DNA from: Azolla caroliniana | Lineage: Eukaryota > Plantae > Polypodiophyta | Assembly (NCBI GenBank): GCA_043228905.1 | Contig: JBHGNT010000003.1 | Span: 17,174,001 to 17,238,000, forward strand | Length of the DNA: 64,000 nucleotides | Direction: 5' to 3' | Shown: in pieces, positions 24,639 to 37,500 of the stretch | How the letters are laid out: every line of letters starts with the position of its first letter | Numbering within the stretch: position 1 is the first letter of the stretch | Notes under the pieces: model-generated | What the model was told of the DNA's origin: nothing | The model's database searches: none | What the model saw: only the letters and a program-made list of their open reading frames with translations | Position numbers and translations under genes: made by a program

Positions 24639-27352
24639 TGTGAAAGTGTTTTTAGAAGCTAAGCCATTGAACATTAGAAGAATATAAAGTATGGATAATT
24701 CACATTTGGAGGCTAAGAACACAAACCAAGACCTTAGGAAGAAGTCAAAAGTAAAAGTAAGAGACCAAGAGAAAAGTAAAAAGAGAAAAAGCGGACCATA
24801 AAAAACAGTAAAAAAGGAATGGTTATAACTCCTTCGTAGAACATGGAAATGTCAAAGTGATGGACTTAGAAATTTTTATAAAGAAGCAATGAGTCTACTA
24901 AGGTCTTTTGAAAAGATACAAGTTAAGCATGTGGGGAGATTATACAATAAAGAAGTGAATGCATTAGCTCAAGCCCAATTAGAGAAGATCAAGGAAGGTT
25001 TTGTTGGTGTTTTGGAGACGTGCAAAGATGTAGACTCCCTAGAGGATGTACACGATTTTCTTAATAAAGGAGAGTTTCCAAATAACCTCAACGCTTTGCA
25101 AAGAAAGCGTTTGGTGGCAAAGGCTTCACAATATCATTTGGTGGGTGAAGATTTGTACAACAAAGGGAAAGATGGAGTTTTACGAAGAGTTCCTAACAAA
25201 AGCGAGATTATAGAGATACTCTTTAAGTTGCATGAAGAAGTTTGTGGTGGGCATTTAGCCCATGATATAATGATAAGAAAGATTTTATTAATTTGTTTTA
25301 CATGGCCTTCTATACATAGGGATGTGCATGATTGGTGTAGATCTTGTGATGCATGTCAAAAAGCAGGAATAAGGCATCTACAAAGTGGTCCTCTACAACC
25401 CATTGTGGTGTTTGCTCCATTCTAGAAATGGGGAATTGATGCAGTAGGACCTCTTCCCAAAACTCAACATGGTAAAGAGTTTATTTTGGTGGCCATTGAC
25501 TACATGACAAAGTGGGTTGAAGCTATAGCAACTTCCTCGATTAAAGCCAAAGATGTAGTCCAATTTGTGTATAAGAATATTTGTACTAGATTTGGAGTTC
25601 CCATGGAGATTGTATCCGATCATGGACCAGGTTTCAGGAGTGAAATGTTAGCGTGTCTATTAAGCAAGTTGAAGATTAAGCACCGATATTCAACGCCTTA
25701 TTACCCTCAAGAAAATGGTGCAGTTGAGAAAGTGAATGGGCTTATAGTGAAGAATTTGACAAAGTTAGTGCAAGACAAAGCAAGAACTTGGGATAGGTAT
25801 TTGGATGATACTCTTTGGGCTTATCGAGTTTCTTATAAATCCTCCACAGGTTTTACTCCTTTTTATTTGGTTTATGGGAAAGAAGCATTACTTCCTATCA
25901 AACTTGAGATCAAAAGTAACAGATTAATGGAGGCATCACATCGCTCAAAAGGAAATGATGTGATGAGTCGTTTAGCTAGCAACCATCTACTACAATATTC
26001 AAGAGAAGAAGCCATGGAGCACTACTTAAATCAAGCAATGAAGAGAAAGGAGGCATATGACAAAAAACACAAGGGTAACCACATTGAAGAAGGATCATTA
26101 GTTCTTAGGTATGATAATAGATATGATTATATTCAAGGACAAAAGCTTGATAATAAGTGGGAAGGACCCTTTGTGGTTCACAAAAAGTATGCCAACGGAA
26201 GTTACCAATTGAAAGATGTGGATGGAACACTTCATTCTCATCGAGTCAACGGATGGCGCCTTAAAAAGTATGTAACTCAGGGACCTACTTATATTCCCCA
26301 AGTTACTCATGATATTGTTGATACCAATGGATGGGAGCAAGAAGTGGACTTGTTTCCCCATACATTATTTTCTTAGTAGTCCATATTGTAGACACATCTT
26401 TTCTCTCTATTGACAAAGAGGATGATGGTAATAGTGATTATCATTTTTATTTGTAGAGAATGTGAGGTTTTTCCTACCGATTAGCGGAGGTTTTACTCAC
26501 ATCTTTTTATTTTCTTTTTTATTGTATCTCTCTCATTGTCTATAGCCAAGAGATTGGCGAGAGAGCTTTAGTTTGTTAAGTACTACCATTAAGTGCTTCG
26601 CCATAAATGGCTTAGCCTCTGGCAAGGGGGAGGGCTAAATGTGAAAGTGTTTTCAGAAGCTAAGCCATTGAACATTAGAAGAATATAAAGTATGGATAAT
26701 TCACATTTGGAGGCTAAGAACACAAACCAAGACCTTAGGAAGAAGTCAAAAGTAAAAGTAAGAGACCAAGAGAAAAGTAAAAAGAGAAAAAGCGGACCAT
26801 AAAAAACAGTAAAAAAGGAATGGTCATAACTCCTTCGTTTTTCACCCAAATATTATATTTAAATATGGGTTTGAAAGCTTGTAACGAGAGCTATCTATAG
26901 CGTTTTAAATCACTAAATTCGGAGCTCTGAGGAGGGAGATATGACGATTAGAAGTTCGTTGGGTTTTAGCTAAAAATAGGAGATAAAAAGCTTCTAAAAA
27001 TAGCGTGAACGAGGAAGAAGAAGAAAATTATAAAAGAAGAAGTGATAGTCATAGACGGGGGATCCTAAGAGTGGATGAGGAGTCCTAAGTGTGGAGGAGT
27101 CTTAGGAAGAGTGGATGAGGATCCTAAGAGTGGAGGAGGAGTCTTAGGAAGAGGTGTCTTAGTAGAAGAGGAAGGTCTTTGGTTTTAGTGGACTTGATCT
27201 CCTTTGTATTCTCTTGATAGTGGAATATGAGAACATTCTTATTTCTTGCTCATCTTCTCAATCTTTTCTCTTAATTTCTTGAGTCATTCTCTCTAATTCG
27301 TAGATACCTTGATCTATATAATATATTATGATTCATAACTCCATCTAATCGG
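24639..27352 (+). mobile_element. Internally deleted Tat-like Ty3/gypsy element inside the tRNA satellite
   Basis: LTR start TGTGAAAGTG at 24639 (cut at ~24837) and at 26640. PPT AAGGGGGAGGG. End of a second RNase H (KHVGRLYNKEVNALA) precedes the integrase. No TSD; satellite resumes at ~27353. Confidence 0.85.
24889..26376 (+). pseudogene. C-terminus of additional RNase H plus integrase (one internal stop)
   Basis: H...GGH...CDACQ zinc finger, PF*KWGID, AIDYMTKWVEA, IVSDHG, YPQENGAVE, WEGPF. Confidence 0.9.
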
Positions 27353-27421
27353 TTGACAAATTAATTTGAATGGAAATAGGAGATAATAACAAAAAGTAAC
27401 GTCATTGGGAAGAAATATTTA

Positions 27422-27429
27422 TGTCAAGA

Positions 27430-27461
<32 letters not shown>

Positions 27462-27501
27462 TACCTGAAACTAGCGCCTTAGACCGCTCGGCCATCTTGA
27501 C
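27422..27501 (-). tRNA. tRNA-Leu(CAG), apparently foldable
   Basis: Same 80-nt sequence as 22369-22448. T5 run ~27 nt downstream. Confidence 0.85.
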
Positions 27502-28496
27502 TACCTAGACATATATTTAAAACACAAGACTAGGATTTAGAGCCATGTTCTACTAGACCAACAATTAAACTATTGTCATCTTCAATTTATAGAACCATTT
27601 AAAATATTAACAGGAGTTGTCACTAGAGGCGATATGATTATGTAAACTGTGAGAAATATTTATGTGAAGATTATGATTTGGATCCATGCAACAATCATTT
27701 AATGGACATAAGAGTTACTATTGGAATGTACAGTATATAAAATATTCATGTCAAGAGTGAGATTTAAACCTATGCTCTTTAGGACCAACACATAAACATA
27801 TTGTCTCCTTTCTTCATAGAAACATAACCATTCGAACCCTGACAAATTACTTTGAATGGACATTGGAGCTATTATTAGCAAGTAAAGTCATTGGGGAAAA
27901 ATATTTATGTAAAGAATGGGATTCGAACCCACGCCCTGTTGGACCAGTACCTGAAACTAACCCCTTAGAACGCTCGACCATCTCGACTGCGTAACATTCT
28001 CATTCCTAATAACTAACAAATTAGAAATCTAAACATGGAGAGACCAATGTATCACAAGAGTGGGATTTAGACCCATGTCCTACTAGACAAACACTTAAAA
28101 TATTGTCATGTTGACTTTATGGAAACATTTCGAAACATTATCAAGAGTTGTCATTAGATGCGATATTATTATCTAAAGTGTCAAAAATGTTTATGTGAAG
28201 ATTGCAAAACTAGATGCTTGATGGTATGATTTAATGACCATAGGAGTTAGAAGTCAAATCTAAAGTATAAAAAATATTCATTTGAATAGTGGGATTTCAA
28301 CCTATGGTCTTTAGGACCAACACATAAAAATAGAAACATTTCAAAACCTCTTATGGAATGGTCATTGAAGTACATATCATAATGTAAAGTTCCATAACCA
28401 TTAATTTGAAGAGTGGGATTTGAGCTCTTGACAAATTAATTTGAATGACAAATGGAGTTAATAACAAAAAGTAATATCATTGGAGAGAATATTTTA

Positions 28497-28576
28497 TGTC
28501 AAGAGTGGGATTTGAACCCACGCCCTTTCCGACCAGTACCTGAAACTGACGCCTTAGATCGCGCGGCCGTCTTGAT
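28497..28576 (-). pseudogene. tRNA-Leu(CAG) degenerate copy
   Basis: Full length, with several stem substitutions. Confidence 0.7.
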
Positions 28577-29209
28577 TACCTGGACATATATTTAAAACCC
28601 AAGAGTGGGATTTAGACCCATGTCCTACAAGAGCAACAGTTAAAATATTGTCATCTTTAAGTTATAGAAGCATTTCAAAACATTATCAGGAGTTGTTATT
28701 AGAGGCGATATGATTATGTAAACTGTGAGAAAATGTATGTGAGGATTACGATTTGGATCTATGCCGAAATCATTTAATGGAGATAAGAGTTAATATTGGA
28801 ATGTACAATATATAAAATATTCATGTCAAGAGTGGGATTCAAACCTATGCCCTTTAGGACGAATACATAAACATATTGTCTCCTTGCATGATAGAAACAT
28901 TTCAAAACCTCTTATGGAATGGTTATTGAAGGACATAACATAATGTAAAGTCCCATAAACATTCATTTGAAGAGTAGGATTCGAATACTGACAAATTCAT
29001 TTGAATGGCCATTAGAGCTATTATCAGAAAGTAAAGTCATTGGGGAGAAATATTTATATCAAGAATGGGATTTGGACCCACGCCGTTTTGGACCAGTACC
29101 TAAAATTGGTGCCTTGGACCGCTCGGGCATATCGACTACCTAAATATATATTTAAAACGCATTCTCATTCTTAATAACAAAAAGTAATGTCATTGGGGAG
29201 AAAAATTTA

Positions 29210-29289
29210 TGTCAAGAGTGGGGTTTGAACCCACGCCTTTTCGGGCCAGTACCTGAAACTGGCGCCTTAGATCACTCGGACATCTTGAC
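29210..29289 (-). pseudogene. tRNA-Leu(CAG) degenerate copy
   Basis: Perfect CCAGT/ACTGG anticodon stem; D-arm and variable-arm changes. Confidence 0.7.
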
Positions 29290-31014
29290 TACCTAGACAT
29301 ATATTTAAAACACAAGAGTGGGATTTCGACTTATGTCCTACTAGACCAACAGTTAAAATATTGTCATCTTCAATATATAGAACCATTTCAAAACATTATC
29401 AGGAGTTGTCATTCGAGGCAATATGATTATCTAAACTGTGAGCAATATTTATGTGATGATTACGATTTGGATCTATGCCGCAATCATTTAATGGACATTA
29501 CAGTTAATATTGGAATGTAGAGTATATAAAATATTCATGTCAAGAGTGGGATTGAAACCTATGCCATTTAGGACGAGACATAAACATATTGTCTCCTTAC
29601 TTGATAGAAACATAACCATTCGAACCCCTAAGAAATTAATTTGAATGGACATTAGAGCTATTATCAGAAAGTAATGTCATTGGGGAGAAATCTTTATGTC
29701 AAGAGTGGGATTTGAAGCCACGCACTTTTGGACCAGTACCTGAAACTGGCGCTTTGGACCAGTACCTAGACATATATTTAAAACTATTCTCATTCTTAAT
29801 GACTAACAAATTTGAAATCTAAACATGGAGAGACCAATGCATCAGAAGAGTGGGATTTAGACCCATGTTGTACTAGACCAACACTTATGGAAACATTTCG
29901 AAACATTATCAGGAGTTGTCATTAGAGGCGATATTATTATCTAAACTGTGAGAAATATTTATGTGGGATTTAGACCCTTGTCCTACTAGACCAACACTTG
30001 AAATATTGTAGTCTTTAATTTATACAACCATTTTGAAACATTATCAGGAGTTGTCATTAGATGCGATATTATTATCTAAACTGTGAGAAATATTTATATG
30101 AAGATACGATTTGGATCCATGCCACAATCATTTAATGGACATAAGAGTTAATATTGGAATGTACAATATATAAAATATATTCATGTCAAGAGTGGGATTT
30201 CAACCTATGGTCTTTAGGACCAACATATAAAAATATTGTGTCCTTGATAGAAACATTTGAAAACCTCTTATTGAATGGTCATTGAAGGACAGATCATAAT
30301 GTAAGGTTCCATAACCATTCATTTGATGAATTAATTTGAATGGACATTGGAACTATTATCAGAAAGTAAAGGCATTGGGGAGAAATATTTATGTCAAGAG
30401 TGGGATTTGAACCCATGCCTTTCTGGACCAGTACCTCAAACTTGCGCCTTAGACTGCTCGGCCATCTCGATTACCTAGGCATATATTTAAAACATATCGT
30501 CATTCTTAATAACTAACAAATTCGAAATCTAAACATGCTGAGACCAATGCATCACAAGAGTGGGATTTAGACCCTTGTCGTACTAGACAAACACTTAAAA
30601 TATTGTGATCTTGACTTTATCGAAACATTTCGAAACATTATCAAGAGTTGTCATTAGATGCGATATTATTATCTAAAGTGTCAAAAATGTTTATGTGAAG
30701 ATTGCAAAACTAGATGCTTGATGGTATGATTTAATGACCATAGGAGTTAAAAGTCAAATCTAAAGTATAAAAAATATTAATGTGAATAGTGGGATTTCAA
30801 CCTATGGTCTTTAGGACCAACACATAAAAATATTGTCTCGTTACTTAAAAGAAACATTTCAAAACCTCTTATGGAATGGTCATTGAAGTACATACCACAA
30901 TGTAAAGTTCCATAACCATTAATTCGAAGAGTGGGCTTTGAAACCTTAACGAATTAATTTGAATGGCAATAGGAGATAATAACAAAAAGTAGCATCATTG
31001 GGGAGAAAAATTTA

Positions 31015-31022
31015 TGTCAAGA

Positions 31023-31054
<32 letters not shown>

Positions 31055-31094
31055 TACCTGAAACTAGCGCCTTAGACCGCTCGGCCATCTTGAC
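31015..31094 (-). tRNA. tRNA-Leu(CAG), apparently foldable
   Basis: Same sequence and flanks as 22369-22448 (offset 8646 bp). Confidence 0.85.
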
Positions 31095-32301
31095 TACCTA
31101 GACGTATATTTAAAACACAGGACTGGGATTTAGAGCCATGTTCCACTAAACCAATAGTTAAACTATTGTCATCTTCAATTTATACAACCATTACAAAATA
31201 TTATCAGGAGTTTTCATTAGAGGCGATATGATTATGTAAACTGTGAGAAATATTTCTGTGACGATTACGATTTGGATCCATGCCGCAATCATTTAATGGA
31301 CATAAGAGTTACTATTAGAATGTATAGTATATAAAATATTCATGTCAAGAGTGACATTTAAACCAATGCCCTCATTAGAGTTATCATTAGAAGCGATATG
31401 ATTATCGAAACCGTCTGAAATTATTATGTGAAGATTATGATTTGGATCCATGCCGCAATCATTTAATGAACATAAGAGATAATATGGGAATGTATAGCAT
31501 ATAAAATACTCATGTCAAGAGTGGGATTTAAACCTATGCCCTTTTGGACCAACACATAAACATATTGTCTCCTTACTTCATAGAAACATAACCAATCGAA
31601 CCCTTACAAATTAATTTGAATAGACATAGGAGCTATTATTAGAAAGTAAAGTCATTGGGGAGAAATATTTATGTCAAGAATGGGATTTGAACCCACGCCC
31701 TTTTGGACCATTACCTGAAACTAGACCCTTAGACCGCTCGGCCATCTCGACTACGTAGACCTATATATAAAATGCATTCTCATTCCTAATAACTAACAAA
31801 TTCGAAATCTAAACATGGAGAGAGCAATGTATCACAAGAGTGGGATTTAGACCGATGTCGTACTAGACAAACACTTAAAATATTGTGATCTTGACTTTAT
31901 GGAAACATTTCGAAACATTATCAAGAGTTGTCATTAGATGCGATATTATTATCTAAAGTGTCAAAAAAGTTTATGTGAAGATTGCAAAACTAGATGCTTG
32001 ATGGTATCATTTAATGACCATAGGAGTTAAAAGTCAAATCTAAAGTATAAAAAATATTCACGTGAATAGTGGGATTTCAACCTATGGTCTTAAGGACCAA
32101 CACATTAAAATATTGTCTCATTACTTAATAGAAACATTTCAAAACCTCTTATGGAATGGTTATTGAAGTACATATCATAATGTAAAGTTCCATAACCATT
32201 AATTTGAAGAGTGGGATTTGAACACTTCACAAATTAATTTGAATGGCCATTGGATATAATAACTAAAAGTAATGTCATTGGGGAGAAATATTTATGCCAA
32301 G

Positions 32302-34564
32302 TTCTGCTTCCCAAGACCTATCCGGTTTTGCGCACCTTGTCCTCCTTGGTCGGCATGTCTGCTCAGCAGGCCTATCTCAACTCCTTCATTGCTATGACTC
32401 CAGCGCTTGTCGACCCATCGGTTCCTCTGTGTCGGTGTCGACTTCCGTTGCATTCTCGTTCGCTTGGTCTGTAGGTGATCTGGCTCTTCCGAATCCATTT
32501 GTTGAACCGAATCGGATTCCTCAGATTCGCTCCACCTCTTGTCCGAGTTGGTAGTCTCCAACTCGTCTTGCGTTTTTAGGCCCTTCACAACATCGGACCA
32601 CGTCCGGGTCTTGGCCTTCTTCCGGTCGGCTTTGTCCATCTTGACTCTAACGCCACTGCTGCTTGCTCAGACTTGTTCGGTTGTGTGCCCACGCCTTTGG
32701 TCGGCTTAGCTTCCTTTATTTGCTCATCTCCCCTTTTGGTTCTTTGTTCCTCTCCGGCTCCTTGTCCAGTGCCATTTATTCCCGTTCCCGTTATCCCCCT
32801 CTAGTGCCGCACATCAAGATGTTGAATGTCGAGCATCTCCGAAAAATGTTGCAACTTGTCCGATCCAAGCGGCTTGGTGAAGATGTCGGCAACTTGCCGA
32901 TCCATGTGAACATACTAAAGTTCAACTTCACCGCTCATGACCCGCTCACAAACAAAGTGATAATGCACTTCTATGTGTTGTATGGAATATAGGGTTCCTG
33001 GCGAGCTGTATGTTGCTTACGTTGTCACAATAAATCAGGATTGGGGTCGACACCTTGATCTGGAGCTCTCACAGTAGTCGTTGAAGCCAGATAGCTTCAC
33101 AAGTGGCAATGGTAGCGCCCCGATACTCAGCCTCAATGCTCGACAAAGCCACTATTGGCTGCTTTTTGCTGCTCCATGCAATAGCCGCGCTACCAAGAGA
33201 AAACATGTAATCGGAGGTGGATTGGTGATCCGATGCATCACCAACCCAGTCGGCATTGGTATACCCAACCAGCTTCCCAGCTATACCGTGTCAATATAAC
33301 AGTACCCAGTCTTTGTGCCGCTCACATACCGCAATAGTCGATGCGCGCACTGAAAGTGCTCCGCGGTTGGCTTCTACATAAACTAGCTGATCACCCCTAC
33401 TAGATAACTGATGTTGGGTTGGGTGATCGTCAAGTATATAAGGCTTCCGACAATTTGTCGAAATCGTTTCTCATCGCAGGTCGGGCCGGAGTGGGGACGT
33501 AGCTTCAGGTTCTAGTGTAGGGGTGTGGAGATCGGTCAACATTCTGTCATGCCGAACTTGTACAACATATTCAACACATAGTGTATTTGTGAGAGCAATA
33601 TGCCATCGGGGGTCGAGATCACCTCGATCCCAAGAAAATAATGAAGGTCCCCCAGGTCCTTCATTTCAAATGCGTCTGACAACTAGGACTTCACTCTACC
33701 GATGTCATCCAGTTTGAGTCCGGTGCTGACTAAATCATCAACATATAGCAGGATACAAACCAGACCGTTCGAACCTTTCCGGATGAACAATGACGAGTTG
33801 GACATTGAGGCTGCAAACCCCATCTTATGCAACCGGTGCATGATCTTCGAATTCCAAGCTCGAGGGGCTTGCTTCTAACCGTAAAGCGACTTCTTGAGTC
33901 AGCATACTACCGACTTGTTCATCTTCGATTGGAATCCGGGGGGTTGGATCATATGGACCCGTTCTTCAAGGTCACCTTGAAGAAATGCATTCTTCACGTC
34001 CATTTGGTGATGATGCCATCCCCTTGCCATAACAACAACTAGTACCACACGAACCATCGTCATCTTTGCTATCGGAGAGAAGGTCTCATCTATCCCTTTG
34101 CCAATTTGCATTTTTTGTTGCTTTTACGTAGCTCTCCGGCTCACGCACTTCCACCACCTTAGTCATATACGCATAGTGATGCGCCATGTACTCATTGTTT
34201 CTGTACCTCTAGATAGGGTTCTTCTGGCGGATTGAGCGGCGTAACTTTTTGTTACCCGGTTTGAGGCCCTTCTTGGCTAGTTCGGACTTCCTTTCGGAAG
34301 ATCTGCCTTCTTCCTTTTCGGTGTCAAATTCACTCCGATCCGACCCTTCACTATCAGTATCGTATTTCAGCATCTTCTTCTTCCCCTTCTCTTTGTGCGT
34401 GAACCGCCTCCTCGGTTTCTTGTGGGGGGAGAGCACGACAGAGTGTCCACTACTCGCCGGTTCTTCATCTGACTGGTCATCTCGACTCAGTCGCGCATTT
34501 GGTCCACTTAGCCGGAATGAGATCAGACTCTCATCTAGAGTACCGAATCCTTCATCTTCTTCTT
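32302..34564 (-). pseudogene. Older decayed copia, RT/RNase H portion
   Basis: ETFSPIAKM, HQMDVKNAFLQGDL, RNase H remnants. Continues at 39910 beyond the nested element. Confidence 0.85.
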
Positions 34565-37500
34565 TGTTGAGAACTCGACGTTCCTTATGTCCGACGCTCG
34601 GCCACAACCGAGATTCTTTTCATACACAGAAAAACAGGTAATGAAACGCGACACAAAAGAGGAGAAATGGTACACAGGAGGTATACGTGGAAAACCCCAA
34701 AATAGGGGAAAAACCACGGCAGCCCACAAGCTGCAAACTGTCACTATGCAGAAATATACAACAGTGAGATCACTGAGGCAACGACCTCGTGCTCTCAGAT
34801 CTTCGCCACAGGCGGCGGTTACAACAGAGGCAACGACCTCGTCTCTCTCTCTCTCTCTCTCTGTACAGTTACGCGCTCTGATTTCTTCTTGCACCAACAA
34901 GAAAGGAATTAATCACACAAACGACAACTGCTCACACGCTAAAAAAAAACTAAAAGTTTGCCCCAAGTCATATTTATACTAATATGACTTTTCGGCTATT
35001 TACAAATGTAGCCTCGATGGGCTCCATCTGGCTCTCTGCAGTCGGGTACTCCTCATCCGGTTCATACCGGGCCTACACCATCCGACTCTCCGCAGTCGGG
35101 TACTCCTCATCCAGTTCATACCGTTTCGGCACTGTTCTTCTCCCTTCCCATCCGGAGGGACCTGTTTTCCAACAAACTCCCCCTTCACTCCGGCATGGGG
35201 TGTCTTTCCAGCCCGATCCTCTTCTGGCATGCGTCCAGCTTGTCGGGTGTCAGCACTTTGGTCAGCATATATGACCCGTTCTCGGCCGTGTGGATCTTCG
35301 CCAATGCGAACTCCTGGTCATCTACCCTTTCCCGGATCCAGTGATACCTCCGCTGGATATGCTTCGTCCGGGAATGGTAGGCCGCATTCTTAGCAAGGTG
35401 GATGGCACTTTGACTGTCGCAGTAGAGTCGGTATTCCTCTTGCCGGATACCGAGCTCCCCGATGAAGTCCTTCATCCATAATATTTCCTTGCCGGCTTCC
35501 ACAGCCGCCATGTACTCCACCTCTGTGGTTGACAATGCAACCGTCTTCTGCAGCCTCGACTGCCACGAGACAGCTCCCCCTGCATATGTCATCACATAAC
35601 CGGATGTAGACCGGCTGGTATCCACATCAGCCGACATGTCCGAATCGGTGAAACCGTCTAGTTGAGGTTTTCCGGTGCCGAATCAGAGACACATATTTGA
35701 AGTGCCCTTCAAATACCGGAGTATCCACTTGACCGCGTTCCAATGCTCCTTGCCGGGATTACTCATGAACCGGCTCACCACTCCGACTGCGTATCCAATG
35801 TCCGGTCGGGTACAAACCATTGTGTACATCAAGCTCCCGACGGCAGAGGCATATGGAATCTTCATCATATCTGCCTTCTCTCCTTTTGTCTTCGGGCTTT
35901 GCTTGCCAGACAACTTGCAGTTTGCCGGGAGTGTCGATTCGACCGGTTTTGCATCTGACATGTTGAACCGGTGAAGCACCTTTGTCACATACTTCTCCTG
36001 TGACAGCCATAGTTGCTTCACTGACCGGTCCCGAATGATGTGCATCCCCAACATCTGTCTTGCCGGACCCAGGTCTTTCATTGAGAAGGTCCGGTTGAGA
36101 GCCTTCTTCAACATCCGTATTTTGCCTTTGTCTCGTCCGACGATCAACATGTCATCCACGTACAGGAGGAGTATCAGGAAGTCCCCTCCTTCAAACTTCT
36201 TCACAAACACGCAGTGATCGGCCTACGTCTTGTGGTACCCTTGATCGGTCATGAAGGAGTCGAACTTCCGATACCATTGCCGGGGAGCCTGCTTCAGTCC
36301 GTACAGGCTCTTCTTCAACCTGCATACCAGGTGCTCCTTCCCTTTCTCCACAAATCCTTCCGGTTGCTGCATGTAGATTTCCTCTTCGAGGTCGCCGTGG
36401 AGGAATGCCGTCTTCACGTCCAGCTGCTCTACCTCGAGATCCATGCTTGCTGCTATACTCAGCACCGTCCGGATGGAGGTCATCTTTACTACCGGGGCGA
36501 ATATTTCGTCGAAGTCCACGCCCTTCTTCTGCTGGAACCCCTTCACCACGATCCTGGCTTTGTATCTCGGGGGGTTGCCGGCATCTCCCGGTTTCAACTT
36601 GAACACCCACTTGTTTCGGAGTGCCCGCTTTTCTTTCAGCAGCTCCACCAATCCGTACGTATGGTTCTCATGCAGGGAATCCATCTCATCCTGCATGGCA
36701 CTTAACCATTTTCGGCTGTGGGTGTCTTCCTTCGCTTCTTCGAAGCTTTCCGGCTCCCCCTCATCGGTTAGCAGGACATGCTCTGCATCCGGAAATCTCT
36801 GGGGCGCCCTTCTCTCTCTGAGAGGATATCTACGTCTTCGGGCTTCGGTAATCGGTTCCTCCATTTGCTCTTCATCCGAATCCGATTCGGGATCTTGACC
36901 GGTTCCGGTCTCAGCTTCCTCTACTTCTTCTTCTGCCGGTTCGGTATCCTCACCGTAACCGGCTGGTTCCTCGAGTGCTAACCGGTCTCCTGCCGGTTGG
37001 GTCTGCTCATTGTAGAGTCTATCCTTACCGGTCGACTCGGAGTTCACTATCTTCTTCTCCGACTCCCAGTCGGCGAGCGTCTTGTCCTCCATGAAGATAA
37101 TATCTCGACTTCGGAATACCTTCTTGTCGACCGGGTCCCACACTCGGTAGCCGAACTCATCGTCACCGTAACCGAGGAATATGCATGGCCGGGTCTTTGG
37201 ATCTAGCTTTCCTCTCCGGTCCTTTGCTACATGCACGTACGCGAGACACCCGAACACCCTTAGATGCCGGTAGGACACTTCCTTACCGGTCCATACTCTT
37301 TGTGGCGTGTCTCCGTCCAGGGGTACTGAGGGTGATCTGTTTATCACATATGTCGCCGTCGACAGTGCCTCAGCCCAAAACTTCTTGGGTAGTTTTGCAT
37401 GTGCTAGCATACTCCGGACCCTCTCCATTATGGTCCGGTTCATCCTCTCGGCCAGTCCGTTTAGCTCCGGCGTCTTCGGCACGGTAAATTCGAGCCGGAT

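Larger units (their letters stand above)
21125..32301 (-). repeat. tRNA-Leu(CAG)-derived higher-order satellite
   Basis: About 14 near-full tRNA-Leu copies and many CAAGAGTGGGATTT fragments, all in one orientation, with recurring AT-rich spacers. Confidence 0.93.

Noticed and set aside
21125-32301. CRISPR-like repeat-spacer array
   Set aside because: The repeats are tRNA fragments, the spacers recur and vary widely in length, there are no cas genes, and the context is eukaryotic.
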